A DNA stretch of 64,000 bases from Vulcanimicrobiales bacterium (GCA_038231455.1 JBBRLI010000013.1:1-64000); one strand, 5' to 3'. Counted from the stretch's first letter, positions 28,911-38,642 are shown. The notes: generated by a model from the sequence alone, not told the origin. Translations and numbers: made by a program.

Positions 28911-28941
28911 AAGCTGCCCGCCGATGCGGGCGGCTTTTTTT
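28911..28941 (+). terminator. Attenuator terminator before DAHP synthase
   Basis: AAGCTGCCCGC-CGAT-GCGGGCGGCTT followed by a T tract. Confidence 0.85.
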
Positions 28942-28966
28942 ATTCCCCACAGAGGAGCCTCGACCG

Positions 28967-29806
28967 ATGATCGCCCCGTGCACGCCCTGGACCCCATCGC
29001 TCTTGCCGGCAAGCGCCGAGCAGTGGCCGCTCGTCGCGCGGCGCGGTAACGAATCGACGCTCGTGCACGTCGGTGATGCCGTCTTTGGGGCGGAGGATTT
29101 CGTCGTGATCGGCGGGCCGTGTTCGGTCGAATCGCCTGCGCAGATCGACGCTGCCGCGGCGGCCGTCGCGCGCTCCGGCGGCAAGCTGCTCCGTGGCGGC
29201 GCGTTCAAGCCGCGCACCAATCCGTACGCGTTCCAGGGGCTGGGTTGGGATGGGGTCGATCTGCTCGCGGCCGCCGGACGCCGTTACGGGCTACCGGTGG
29301 TGAGTGAAGTGATGTCGATCGACCAAGTCGATCGCATGGCAGAATCCATCGACGTGCTGCAAGTTGGGGCGCGCAATATGCAAAACTTCGATCTCTTACG
29401 TGCCGTCGGCCGTTCGCATCGACCGGTCTTACTCAAACGCGGCATGAGTGCGACGCTCGACGAACTGCTCTGCGCTGCAGAATACATCGTCAACGAAGGC
29501 AACAAGAATGTGATCTTGTGCGAGCGTGGGATTCGCACGTTCGAAACCTCGACGCGCAATACGCTCGATCTCGGCGCAATCGTCGTGCTCCGCGAACGCA
29601 CGCACTTGCCGATCATCGTCGATCCCTCGCACGCGGTAGGTGTACGGCGTTGGATTCCACCGCTCTGTCGCGCGGCGCAAGCCGTCGGCGCGCATGGCTT
29701 GATGATTGAAGTGCATCCCGAACCGTGCGAGGCGCTCTGCGACCGCGACCAAGCCCTCGACCTTGAGGACTTCGCCGCGGTCATGGCATCGCTTAAGCGG
29801 GGCTGA
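28967..29806 (+). CDS. aroF: DAHP synthase, type I-beta, catalytic domain only
   Basis: [45 protein letters not shown]; 279 aa. Confidence 0.92.
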   Translation: MIAPCTPWTPSLLPASAEQWPLVARRGNESTLVHVGDAVFGAEDFVVIGGPCSVESPAQIDAAAAAVARSGGKLLRGGAFKPRTNPYAFQGLGWDGVDLLAAAGRRYGLPVVSEVMSIDQVDRMAESIDVLQVGARNMQNFDLLRAVGRSHRPVLLKRGMSATLDELLCAAEYIVNEGNKNVILCERGIRTFETSTRNTLDLGAIVVLRERTHLPIIVDPSHAVGVRRWIPPLCRAAQAVGAHGLMIEVHPEPCEALCDRDQALDLEDFAAVMASLKRG

Positions 29807-31109
29807 GCTCGCGGCGAAAGGATTCCGTCGCTGCGAAGGCTTGCGCGAGATCGGCGATGAGATCGTCCGCATCTTCGATGCCAACCGAGAGTCGTACGAG
29901 ATCGGGCGTGACGCCGGCCTCGATTTGTTCGACGACCGTAAGCTGTTGGTGCGTCGTCGTCGATGGGTGGATCGCAAGCGACTTTGCATCGCCGACGTTC
30001 GCGAGCAGAGAGAACAGCTTGAGTGCATCGATGAACGCCTTGGCCGCGGCAGCGCCGCCTTTCACGCCGAACGTAAGGATCGCGCCCTGCCCTTTGGGCA
30101 AGTACTTCTTGGCAAGCGGATGAGCGCGATCACCTTCGAGTCCCGGATACTGCACCCACACGACCTCGCCGCGGCCTTGTAAGAACGTTGCGACGCGCAG
30201 CGCGTTTGTCGAGTGGCGCTCGACGCGTAAGCCGAGCGTCTCGAGGCCCTGAAGAAGAAGCCAGCCGTTGAACGGTGAGAGCGAGGATCCCAAGTCTCGC
30301 AGCAACTGGACCCGTGCTTTGACGATGAATGCCATGTTCCCGAACGAGGCTACGTAGCGAACGCCATGATACGACGGATCGGGGTCGGTGAGTTCGGGGA
30401 ATTTTCCCGATGCGGCCCAATCGAAGTTGCCGCCGTCGACGATGACGCCGCCGATTGTCGTTCCGTGTCCGCCGATAAATTTCGTCGCCGAGTGGGTGAC
30501 GACGTTTGCGCCGTGTTTGATCGGATTGCTCAGATACGGCGTCGCAAGCGTGTTATCGACGATGAGCGGGATCTTCGCTTCGTGGGCGATAGCGGCCACC
30601 GCTTCGATGTCGAGTACGTCGACTTTCGGATTGCCGATGGTCTCTGCAAAAATCGCCTTCGTATTGGGTTTGATCGCGTTTTTGAAATTCGCGAGCTTAC
30701 CCGGGTCGACGAGCGTCACCTCGATGCCGAATTTTGGCAGCGTGTGGACGAAGGCGGAGTGCGTCCCGCCGTACAGCGATGCGGAGCTTACGATGTGATC
30801 GCCTGCGCGGGCGATGTTGAGAATCGCGAAGATGTTCGCCGCTTGTCCTGAGGCGACGGCAAGTGCACCAACGCCGCCTTCGAGGACGGCGAGCCGCTGT
30901 TCGAGCACGTCGTTTGTGGGGTTCATGATACGCGTGTAGATGTTGCCGAACTCTTGGAGTCCGAAGAGACGCTCCGCGTGCGCGGTATCATCGAAGGTGT
31001 AGGACGTCGTTTGATAGATTGGAACGGCCCGGGCCTTCGTCGTTGGGTCGCCGCTATGACCCGCGTGAATTGCTGCGGTATCGAACTTGTACGCGTGCTC
31101 GTCGGACAT
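29793..31109 (-). CDS. metY: O-acetylhomoserine/O-acetylserine sulfhydrylase
   Basis: [20 protein letters not shown] lysine [28 protein letters not shown]. Confidence 0.9.
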   Translation of the reverse strand: MSDEHAYKFDTAAIHAGHSGDPTTKARAVPIYQTTSYTFDDTAHAERLFGLQEFGNIYTRIMNPTNDVLEQRLAVLEGGVGALAVASGQAANIFAILNIARAGDHIVSSASLYGGTHSAFVHTLPKFGIEVTLVDPGKLANFKNAIKPNTKAIFAETIGNPKVDVLDIEAVAAIAHEAKIPLIVDNTLATPYLSNPIKHGANVVTHSATKFIGGHGTTIGGVIVDGGNFDWAASGKFPELTDPDPSYHGVRYVASFGNMAFIVKARVQLLRDLGSSLSPFNGWLLLQGLETLGLRVERHSTNALRVATFLQGRGEVVWVQYPGLEGDRAHPLAKKYLPKGQGAILTFGVKGGAAAAKAFIDALKLFSLLANVGDAKSLAIHPSTTTHQQLTVVEQIEAGVTPDLVRLSVGIEDADDLIADLAQAFAATESFRRELSPA

Positions 31110-31147
31110 CGGTGTTCCTCGCTTGTGAGTGGCGAAAGATGGAGTGG

Positions 31148-31187
31148 AAAGAAGAAGCCCCGCAGCCGGTGTCCGGTGCGGGGCTTC
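31148..31187 (-). terminator. Attenuator terminator before metY
   Basis: Minus strand GAAGCCCCGCA...TGCGGGGCTTC followed by TTCTTT. Confidence 0.75.
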
Positions 31188-31212
31188 GTTTATTCGGTTG
31201 CTGCGGTTGCTG

Positions 31213-31290
31213 CTAGCCGACGAAAACCCGACACCGGTCCATAATGGTGGTGCTCGTGCAGGTCATCGTCGTCATCCAGGCGGCGTTCAT
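31213..31290 (-). CDS. Met/Thr/Cys-rich attenuator leader peptide [25 protein letters not shown]
   Basis: Three internal Met, six Thr, two Cys; 3' half complementary to the terminator. Confidence 0.75.
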   Translation of the reverse strand: MNAAWMTTMTCTSTTIMDRCRVFVG

Positions 31291-31296
31291 GTGAGC

Positions 31297-32373
31297 CTAG
31301 GAGTAACACGGGACGAGTCGCCCTGTCAAGGCATCGGTGAACGCGCGTGAGGAAAGCGAGGGTTCACCGGGGCCGACTAAATCCGCCGTACGGGCGCCGG
31401 CCGCGTAGGTGGCTCGAACGGCTTCCTCGATCGCGCGCGCGTTTGCCTCATCGCCGAGGCTGAAGCGCAAGAGCAGGGCGGCGGAGAGGATCGCTGCGGT
31501 GGGATTGGCGATCCCGAGGCCCGCGATATCGGGTGCCGTGCCGGCGATCGGCTCGTAGAGGCCGAATTTGCCACCGGACGCGGCACGCGTGCCGACGCTC
31601 GCGCTCGGCGCCGTTCCGATCGATCCGCCAAGTGCTGCGGCCTCATCGGAGAGAATGTCGCCGAACATATTTTCCATCACGAGCACATCGAAGCGGCCGG
31701 GGTCGCGCACCAACTGCATCGCGGCGTTATCGACGAGCAGATGATCGAAGGCCACATCCGGATAGTCGGCCGCAACGCGAATGGCCGTCTTACGCCACAG
31801 TTGCGAGTTGACCAAGACGTTCACTTTGTCGACGGAGGTCAACCGTTTGGAACGCGTTCGTGCAAGCTCGAATGCGAAGCGCACAACACGCTCGATATCG
31901 GGCGCACGGTAACTCATCGTCTCGCACGCACACTCGACTCCATCGATCGTCTCGATCGTTTTCTCACCGAAGTACAGTCCGCCGGTCAGTTCGCGGACGA
32001 TGATGAGGTCGAGCTGACTTGCCAGATCCGCGCGCAGCGGCGAGCGCGATTCGAGCCCGGCGAACATCGTCGCCGGGCGCACGTTTGCGTAGAGGTCGAA
32101 GTGTTTGCGTAAAGTGAGCAGCGCGTACTCGGGTCGCTGCTGCGGCGATGCGCCGTCGAACTGTGTGCCACCGACAGCACCGAAGAGAATTGCATCTGCC
32201 CGCTCGCAGCCCGCAAGCGTCGCATCCGGCAGTGAGGTTCCGTGCGCGGCAACCGCCGCGGCACCGACAGCAAATTCTTCAAAGGCGAGATCCGGCCGCA
32301 CCAGCGCGAGCACGCGCTGCGCGCAGGCCGTGACTTCGGGACCGATCCCATCTCCTGGGAGAACGGCGATCAT
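31297..32373 (-). CDS. leuB: 3-isopropylmalate dehydrogenase
   Basis: [50 protein letters not shown] overlaps the leuD TGA. Confidence 0.95.
   Translation of the reverse strand: MIAVLPGDGIGPEVTACAQRVLALVRPDLAFEEFAVGAAAVAAHGTSLPDATLAGCERADAILFGAVGGTQFDGASPQQRPEYALLTLRKHFDLYANVRPATMFAGLESRSPLRADLASQLDLIIVRELTGGLYFGEKTIETIDGVECACETMSYRAPDIERVVRFAFELARTRSKRLTSVDKVNVLVNSQLWRKTAIRVAADYPDVAFDHLLVDNAAMQLVRDPGRFDVLVMENMFGDILSDEAAALGGSIGTAPSASVGTRAASGGKFGLYEPIAGTAPDIAGLGIANPTAAILSAALLLRFSLGDEANARAIEEAVRATYAAGARTADLVGPGEPSLSSRAFTDALTGRLVPCYS
31300..31329 (-). promoter_or_regulatory. Putative sigma70 promoter inside the 3' end of leuB
   Basis: TTGACA-18 nt-(TGn)TACTCC; leader ATG 9 nt downstream. Confidence 0.5.
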
Positions 32374-32894
32374 CGCGCGTGCTGCCACGCGCGCACGGTA
32401 TCGATTTTACTGGCAAGATACGGTAAGAATCCGCCGCCCAAGATGAACTGCTTGCGCAGTTCGTCGAGTTCAAATGCGACCGGTGCTTCGTCATCCGCTT
32501 GTACGGTTTGCTTCGCGACGTCGATCGTGATCGAGCGCGCGCGGGCGAAACCCTCGATCATCGCATCCGGTACGACCACCGGCACGATTGCGTTCGTATA
32601 CGCATTCTCAAGAAAAATGCGCGCAAAGCTCGACGCGATGACCGCGCGGAAGCCGCGAGCCGTGAGCGCCCACGCCGCATGCTCGCGCGAACTGCCGCAG
32701 CCGAAGTTTTCGCCGGCCACAACGATGTTCGCCCCGGGCGACTCCGCCAGGAGCTCGGCGCCGCCGGCCATGCCGGTGAAGAGATGTTCGCCCAAGCCCT
32801 CGGTATCGATGCCGGTGAGGTATCGTGCGGGGATGATTTGGTCGGTATCGACGTTTGCCCGACGGAGCGGAAGCGGTTTGCCGGTCACGATCAT
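32370..32894 (-). CDS. leuD: 3-isopropylmalate dehydratase small subunit
   Basis: NVDTDQIIPA, NFGCGSSREHA, SFARIF. Confidence 0.95.
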   Translation of the reverse strand: MIVTGKPLPLRRANVDTDQIIPARYLTGIDTEGLGEHLFTGMAGGAELLAESPGANIVVAGENFGCGSSREHAAWALTARGFRAVIASSFARIFLENAYTNAIVPVVVPDAMIEGFARARSITIDVAKQTVQADDEAPVAFELDELRKQFILGGGFLPYLASKIDTVRAWQHAR

Positions 32895-34228
32895 ACGAGT
32901 GCCTCTTCGCGAATGGGCGCGCCGATGTCGGCTGGCGATGCGATACGACCGAGTAGCGCGCTTGCTGCTACGATCGCGGGTGATGCGAGATGGACGCGTC
33001 CGCCATCGCCCATCCGGCCTTGGAAATTGCGGTTCGATGAAGAGATGCAACGCATCCCCGGAGCGAGTACGCCCATCGACATCCCCAAACACGGACCGCA
33101 CGACGAGTGCGTCCAAAGCGCCCCCGCATCTTGAAAAATTTCGTGCAGACCTTCGCGTTCCGCAGCACGTTTGACGGCCTGCGATCCCGGCGTGATGATC
33201 GTCGGAATAACGACGTTCTTTCCACGCAGAACGCGCGCCGCTTCGCGCAAATCGCCGATGCGCGAATTGGTACAAGAGCCGATGAACGCTTGGTCGAGCA
33301 CGATCTCGCTCATCTTATCGCCAACCCGCAAGTCCATATAGTCGAGTGAAGCTGCGGCGGCACCGACCGGGACGACGCCATCGATCGGTGCGTTCTCGCC
33401 GGGATTCGTCCCCCAGGTTACCAGCGGACGAACCGCGTTTCCATCGATCGTGACGCTCGCCGCGTAGCGTGCGTCGCGATCGGCGCGTAAGAAAAGCCAG
33501 TCACTAGGAGCTTCTTGCGTTTTCTCAAGATAGGCCGCGGTCACGCCGTCGGCCGCAATAATTCCAGTCGTCGCCCCCGCCTCGATTGCCATATTGCAAA
33601 GCGTCATACGCTGCTCCATGTCGAGCGAGTCGATCGCCGAGCCCGTGTACTCCAAAACGTACCCCGTGCCGCCACGAAAACCGATCTCGGCGATCACGGC
33701 GAGCGCCAAGTCTTTCGCGCTAGCGGACGGGTGCAGTTCTCCCTTTACCTCGACGCGCATAACTTTGGGTCGCTGTAAGATCAGACATCCCGCAAGCATC
33801 GCGCCCGCTTGCGCGGTGGTCCCGATGCCCAGCGCAAAGGCACCAAAAGCGCCGAGCGTACACGTGTGGCTATCTCCACAGCAAACCGTCGATCCGGGCG
33901 TGACGTAGCCGCGCTCGGGGACGATAACATGGCAGATTCCGCCCTCGCCGATATCGTAGAGCCGGATGCCCTGACGTTTTGCCCACGTGCGCAAGACCTG
34001 CGCTTGAATCGCCGTGGCCGTGTCTTTCGCGGGCGACACGTGATCGTTAACCGCAACGATACGGTCGCGGTCGTAGAGGCAGTCGCCATACTCTTTCTCG
34101 ATCGCGATCGCGCCCTGGGGTGTGGTAATCTCGTGCGCGACGACGCGGTCCATGAAGACCAGCGCGTTGCCGCCGGGAAGTTCTTCGACGACATGCGCGT
34201 CCCAAATTTTATCGAAGAGCGAACGCAT
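32891..34228 (-). CDS. leuC: 3-isopropylmalate dehydratase large subunit
   Basis: GDSHTCTLGA, TLCNMAIEAGA, IGSCTN, CGPCLG, SNRNFQGRMG. Confidence 0.95.
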   Translation of the reverse strand: MRSLFDKIWDAHVVEELPGGNALVFMDRVVAHEITTPQGAIAIEKEYGDCLYDRDRIVAVNDHVSPAKDTATAIQAQVLRTWAKRQGIRLYDIGEGGICHVIVPERGYVTPGSTVCCGDSHTCTLGAFGAFALGIGTTAQAGAMLAGCLILQRPKVMRVEVKGELHPSASAKDLALAVIAEIGFRGGTGYVLEYTGSAIDSLDMEQRMTLCNMAIEAGATTGIIAADGVTAAYLEKTQEAPSDWLFLRADRDARYAASVTIDGNAVRPLVTWGTNPGENAPIDGVVPVGAAAASLDYMDLRVGDKMSEIVLDQAFIGSCTNSRIGDLREAARVLRGKNVVIPTIITPGSQAVKRAAEREGLHEIFQDAGALWTHSSCGPCLGMSMGVLAPGMRCISSSNRNFQGRMGDGGRVHLASPAIVAASALLGRIASPADIGAPIREEALV

Positions 34229-35384
34229 CGGAGGCCTCCGTGGTAATCGCATGCGCGATCGCAAGCAAATCGTCGTCGGTGGCATTGCGCCGCGTCTCGA
34301 CGAATTTACGGAATGCTTCTTCGAAGCGCGCCGACCCTTCGGCGCCGAAGATGATACCCAAATCCGAGATGCGCGTGAGCAAGGCGTTGCGGCCCGAGTT
34401 GCGTGAGAGCGGCAAACGCGTCGCCGCACCGACGCTACTTGGGTCGACGATTTCGTAGGTTCGGCGATCTTTGATCATCCCGTCCTGATGGATGCCGGAT
34501 TCGTGCGCGAAGGCATTCGCTCCGACGATCGCCTTGTTTTTCTGCACTGGCATGTCGGTTGCACGTGAGACCTCAGCCGAGAGTTCGGCGATGCGGTCGC
34601 TGCGAAATCCGGTCGTACATTTGAAACGGTCGTGCCGGATCGTCATTGCGACGGCAACTTCTTCGAGCGCGCAGTTGCCCGCCCGCTCGCCGATCCCGTT
34701 AATCGTGCACTCGACTTGGCGCGCACCCGCGCCGACCGCCGAAAGGGCGTTTGCCGTTGCAAGACCCAGATCGTCGTGCGTGTGGACGCTCACGATCACG
34801 TTCTCGATCCCCGGGACTTCGCGGACGATGCGTTCCACCAAGTCCGCCATCTCTGCGGGTGTCGTGTAACCGACGGTATCCGGGACGTTGATCGTGGTGG
34901 CACCGGCGCGAATCGCTGTTGCGTACACCGCAAACAATAACGCCGAATCGCTGCGGGTAGCGTCTTCGGCAGAGAACTCGATGTTATCGCATTTGGACTT
35001 CGCATACGCAACGTTGGTCGCGACTCGCGCAATGACGTCTTCGCGCGTCGTGCGCAGTTTGCGCTCGATGTGAATATCGCTCGTCGCAATGAAGACGTGC
35101 AGGCGCGGTGATTGCGCTTCTTTGATCGACTCCCACGCGATGTCGATATCGCCCGTGGTACAGCGCGCGAGGGCCGCGATCTGACTGCCGCGCACGTTTC
35201 GGGCAATCTCGGCCACGCTCTTCGCGACGATCGGCGAGGCTGCGGGAAAGCCGGCCTCGATGATGTCGACGCCGGCGTCGGCGAGCATATGCGCGATGCG
35301 CAGCCGGTCATCCGGGGACATCGTCGCGCCGGGCGACTGTTCGCCATCACGCAGGGTCGTATCAAAGAGATAAACGCGGTCCAT
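34209..35384 (-). CDS. leuA: 2-isopropylmalate synthase, short form (391 aa)
   Basis: DTTLRDGEQSPG, HTHDDLG, GIGERAGN, AHESGIHQDG; ends shortly after subdomain II. Confidence 0.92.
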   Translation of the reverse strand: MDRVYLFDTTLRDGEQSPGATMSPDDRLRIAHMLADAGVDIIEAGFPAASPIVAKSVAEIARNVRGSQIAALARCTTGDIDIAWESIKEAQSPRLHVFIATSDIHIERKLRTTREDVIARVATNVAYAKSKCDNIEFSAEDATRSDSALLFAVYATAIRAGATTINVPDTVGYTTPAEMADLVERIVREVPGIENVIVSVHTHDDLGLATANALSAVGAGARQVECTINGIGERAGNCALEEVAVAMTIRHDRFKCTTGFRSDRIAELSAEVSRATDMPVQKNKAIVGANAFAHESGIHQDGMIKDRRTYEIVDPSSVGAATRLPLSRNSGRNALLTRISDLGIIFGAEGSARFEEAFRKFVETRRNATDDDLLAIAHAITTEASDAFALR

Positions 35385-35398
35385 GCTAGTTCTCCAAG

Positions 35399-35437
35399 AA
35401 AAAAAGAAGCGAGGTCTCCGACTCGGGAGCCTCGCTT
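35399..35437 (-). terminator. Internal attenuator terminator before leuA
   Basis: Minus strand AAGCGAGG...CCTCGCTT followed by C and seven T. Confidence 0.85.
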
Positions 35438-35464
35438 GGTGTAATGCGGGCGTAACGAATCGGG

Positions 35465-35518
35465 CTATCGAGGCCGGTAGCGAAGTCGGAGTAGAAGCGG
35501 AAGTCGGCGCAGGATCAT
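35465..35518 (-). CDS. Leu attenuator leader peptide MILRRLPLLLRLRYRPR
   Basis: Six Leu codons including a CTT-CTA-CTC run; ATG overlaps the TGA of the upstream ACT gene. Confidence 0.82.
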   Translation of the reverse strand: MILRRLPLLLRLRYRPR

Positions 35519-35733
35519 GTTGGGGCGAAGGCCGCGTCTTGCGCCGCGATCTGCGAGATTTTTGCATCGAGGCGGCGCAGTGCATCGGCGTCGCCTTCGA
35601 GCTTGAACGTTGCAAGCGTCAAATCGTCGTTGGTGCGCGCGTCGATACGCGCAAGCGAACAGCCAAAGCGCGGAGCGAGGTTGATGATCCGTGCGAGCAG
35701 ACGCTGGTCGCGGAGGACGACAGAGATGGTCAC
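35515..35733 (-). CDS. Acetolactate synthase small subunit, single ACT domain (IlvM/IlvN-like)
   Basis: 72 aa with ACT-like pattern (LLARII...RFG); GTG overlaps the ilvB TGA. Confidence 0.75.
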   Translation of the reverse strand: MTISVVLRDQRLLARIINLAPRFGCSLARIDARTNDDLTLATFKLEGDADALRRLDAKISQIAAQDAAFAPT

Positions 35734-37409
35734 GGTTTCGACTCGATCCCCTCATCGATCGCGCCGCCGGCCGGGATCATCGGCCACACGTTTTCGCTCG
35801 GATAGCAGATGCAGTGCAAAAGCATCGGGCCATCGTGGGCGAGCAACGCTTTGAGCGCTGCATCGACGTCCTCTTCGCGATCGACGCTATCGGCATGGAT
35901 GTCGTAGGCCTTGGCGATTGCGACGAAGTCCGGATTGTCGGAGAGATTGGTTGCCGAGTAGCGCTCGTTGTAGAAGAGTTCTTGCCACTGGCGCACCATG
36001 CCGAGATTGCGGTTGTCGATCAAGAGGATCTTGACCCGAACCTTGTACCGGCGCAGCGTCGCAAGTTCCGTGAGCGACATTTGAAAACCGCCGTCGCCGA
36101 CAACCGTCACGACCTCTTTGTCGGGCTGGCCAAACGCAGCGCCGATTGCGGCGGGCAAGCCGAACCCCATCGCGCCGAGTCCGGCCGAGGTTGCAAAGTT
36201 CCGCGGATGATCGGGGCGCACGCGCTGCGCGGCCCACATCTGGTGCTGGCCGACGTCGGTCGTCACCACCGTGCTGCCCGGCGCAATTGCGAAAAGCCGA
36301 TCCATGATCGTCGTCGCCGAGAGTCCATCAACTTTGTCGCTCGGCGGCGGCGCCCACATGTTGGCGACTTCATCGCCCCAGTCATCGAAGCGCGGAATGC
36401 GCGATCGTTCGAGTTCGTCGCAGAGCGCACGCAGCGTCGTTGCAAGGTCTCCCGCAAGGGACACGCTCGCCGGGATGATTTTCGAGAATTCGCTCGGGTC
36501 GATGTCGGCGTGAATGATCGCCGCTTCTTTCGCGAAGCGATCGGTGCGGCCGGTGACGCGATCGTCGAAGCGCATGCCGAGCGCCAGAATCACATCGGCG
36601 CGGTGCACCGAAAGATTGGCGGCTTTCGAGCCGTGCATGCCGAGCATGCCGAGGTAATGCCGGTCGCCGGGTTCGCCTGCGCCGAGGCCGTTAATCGTCG
36701 CGGTGTGCGGCAAGCCGAGCATCGAGACGAGGCGGCGATACTGTTCGAGCGCGTCTTCGCCGCGCCGGACGCCGCCGCCGATGATCGCAAGCGGACGTTT
36801 CGCTCGCCGCAGCAAGTCGGCTGCGCGAGCGATGGCGTTTCGATCGAGGGTTGGAAGCGCGGGCATCGCAATCGTGAACGTCGGCGCGGACGCCTCGTCG
36901 ATTGCGGCTTTGAGCACGTCACTTGGAATATCGACGAGCACCGGCCCGGGGCGTCCGCCGGATGCAATTGCGAATGCGCGGCGCATTTCTCGCGCGATCA
37001 ACTGCGGATCGCGGATGAGAATGTTGGCTTTGGTGACCGGCTGGGTGATGGCACAGACGTCGGCTTCTTGGAAGCCATCGGTGCCCATCAGATTGCTGCG
37101 AACTTGCCCCGTGATCGCGACGAGCGGAATCGAGTCCATCGATGCATCCAGGAGGCCGGTCACGAGGTTCGTTGCGCCCGGACCCGACGTCGCACAGCAC
37201 ACGCCGACGCGCCCCGTGGTGCGCGCGAAGCCGCTTGCGGCAAAGACCGCAGCCTGCTCGTGACGCACGAGGATGTGTCGGATGCTGTGCCCGTAGAGCG
37301 CATCGTAGAGCGGCATGATCGCTCCGCCCGGATAGCCGAAGATCGTCTGCACGCCTTCGGCTTCAAGCGCTTCGAGCACCGCGTGCGCCCCGCCGCGAAT
37401 CGCGATCAT
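35730..37409 (-). CDS. ilvB: Acetolactate synthase large subunit
   Basis: FGYPGGA, RHEQ, TSGPGATN, DVGQHQMW, GDGGFQM, LGMVRQWQ. Confidence 0.95.
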   Translation of the reverse strand: MIAIRGGAHAVLEALEAEGVQTIFGYPGGAIMPLYDALYGHSIRHILVRHEQAAVFAASGFARTTGRVGVCCATSGPGATNLVTGLLDASMDSIPLVAITGQVRSNLMGTDGFQEADVCAITQPVTKANILIRDPQLIAREMRRAFAIASGGRPGPVLVDIPSDVLKAAIDEASAPTFTIAMPALPTLDRNAIARAADLLRRAKRPLAIIGGGVRRGEDALEQYRRLVSMLGLPHTATINGLGAGEPGDRHYLGMLGMHGSKAANLSVHRADVILALGMRFDDRVTGRTDRFAKEAAIIHADIDPSEFSKIIPASVSLAGDLATTLRALCDELERSRIPRFDDWGDEVANMWAPPPSDKVDGLSATTIMDRLFAIAPGSTVVTTDVGQHQMWAAQRVRPDHPRNFATSAGLGAMGFGLPAAIGAAFGQPDKEVVTVVGDGGFQMSLTELATLRRYKVRVKILLIDNRNLGMVRQWQELFYNERYSATNLSDNPDFVAIAKAYDIHADSVDREEDVDAALKALLAHDGPMLLHCICYPSENVWPMIPAGGAIDEGIESKP

Positions 37410-38465
37410 CTACATCACCCGGAACGGGATGGTGTCGCTCGAACCGCCGCCGCCGGCCGAGGCCATAGACTTTTTGTCGGCATCGAACCACGGCATCAGT
37501 TTGCGTAACTGCGCGCCGATCGCTTCAATCGGATGCGCCGCGGCCTTTTTCCGGTATTCGTTAAACGATGGTTTGCCCGCCGCGTGTTCGGCGACCCAGG
37601 TGCGCGCGAACGTGCCATCTTGAATGTCACTCAGAATTTTCTTCATCGCGGCGCGCGTTTCGTCCGTGACGATTTTCGGACCGGCGGTATAGTCGCCGAA
37701 CTTCGCCGTGTTGCTGATCGAGCCGCGCATACCCTCGATGCCTTTTTCATACATCAAGTCGATGATGAGTTTCATCTCGTGCAGGCACTCGAAGTACGCC
37801 ATTTCCGGCGCATAGCCGGCCTCGGTGAGCGTTTCGAATCCGGCGGTGATGAGCGCGGAGACGCCGCCGCAGAGAACCGCCTGTTCGCCAAAGAGATCCG
37901 TTTCGGTCTCTTCTTTAAACGTTGTCTCGAGGATACCGGCGCGACCGCCGCCGATCGCCGAGGCATACGCCATCGCCGTTTTGCGCGCGGTGCCGCTCGG
38001 GTCTTGATGGATCGCGATCAAACACGGCACGCCGCGCCCGGCTTCATATTCGGAGCGTACGAGACGCCCCGGACCTTTGGGTGCGATCATGAAGACATCG
38101 TTTGATTTCGGCGGCACGATGGTGCCAAAGTGAATCCCGAAACCGTGCGCGAACACCAGCGCCGCGCCGGGTTTGAGATGATCGAGGATGCTGCGCAGGT
38201 ACGTTGCGGGCTGTTCCTCATCGGGGATCAGCATCATCACGATGTCGGCGCTTGCGGCGGCTTCCTCGACGGTCTTGACGGCGAGGTAGTCGCGGCGCGC
38301 TTCATCGCGTGATGCCGAACCTTCGCGCAGTCCGACAACCACGCTATAACCGGAGTCGGTCAGGTTGAGCGCATGCGCTCGGCCTTGGCTGCCGTATCCG
38401 ATGATCGCAATGGTCTTGCCGTCGAGTGCTCGCCGATCGATATCGGCGTCGTAATAGGCCTTCAT
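37410..38465 (-). CDS. ilvC: Ketol-acid reductoisomerase
   Basis: [43 protein letters not shown]. Confidence 0.96.
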   Translation of the reverse strand: MKAYYDADIDRRALDGKTIAIIGYGSQGRAHALNLTDSGYSVVVGLREGSASRDEARRDYLAVKTVEEAAASADIVMMLIPDEEQPATYLRSILDHLKPGAALVFAHGFGIHFGTIVPPKSNDVFMIAPKGPGRLVRSEYEAGRGVPCLIAIHQDPSGTARKTAMAYASAIGGGRAGILETTFKEETETDLFGEQAVLCGGVSALITAGFETLTEAGYAPEMAYFECLHEMKLIIDLMYEKGIEGMRGSISNTAKFGDYTAGPKIVTDETRAAMKKILSDIQDGTFARTWVAEHAAGKPSFNEYRKKAAAHPIEAIGAQLRKLMPWFDADKKSMASAGGGGSSDTIPFRVM

Positions 38466-38494
38466 GCCATCCCCTACTGCTGTCATTGAGTGAT

Positions 38495-38530
38495 AAAAAA
38501 AGCCCCCGCCGATAACCGGCGGGGGCTTTT
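38495..38530 (-). terminator. Attenuator terminator before ilvC
   Basis: Minus strand AAAAGCCCCCGCCG-GTTAT-CGGCGGGGGCTTTTTTT. Confidence 0.88.
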
Positions 38531-38553
38531 ACATTCGTGCTAGCTTCTAGCGC

Positions 38554-38634
38554 CTATGTGAAAGCAAACCGCCGGTCCGTAATAAGGACCGCAAGAAGGA
38601 GGCTAACGACAAGGAGGAGCGAGCGGCTGAACAT
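38554..38634 (-). CDS. Branched-chain attenuator leader peptide MFSRSLLLVVSLLLAVLITDRRFAFT
   Basis: Seven Leu, three Val, one Ile; 3' part complementary to the terminator 5' arm. Confidence 0.85.
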   Translation of the reverse strand: MFSRSLLLVVSLLLAVLITDRRFAFT

Positions 38635-38642
38635 CTTTGCGG

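Noticed and set aside
35691-37508. 605 aa ORF on + strand (also 9189-10565, 14544-16148, 50373-51689, 56072-57460)
   Set aside because: Antisense shadows of well-supported genes in GC-rich DNA, with no recognisable motifs.
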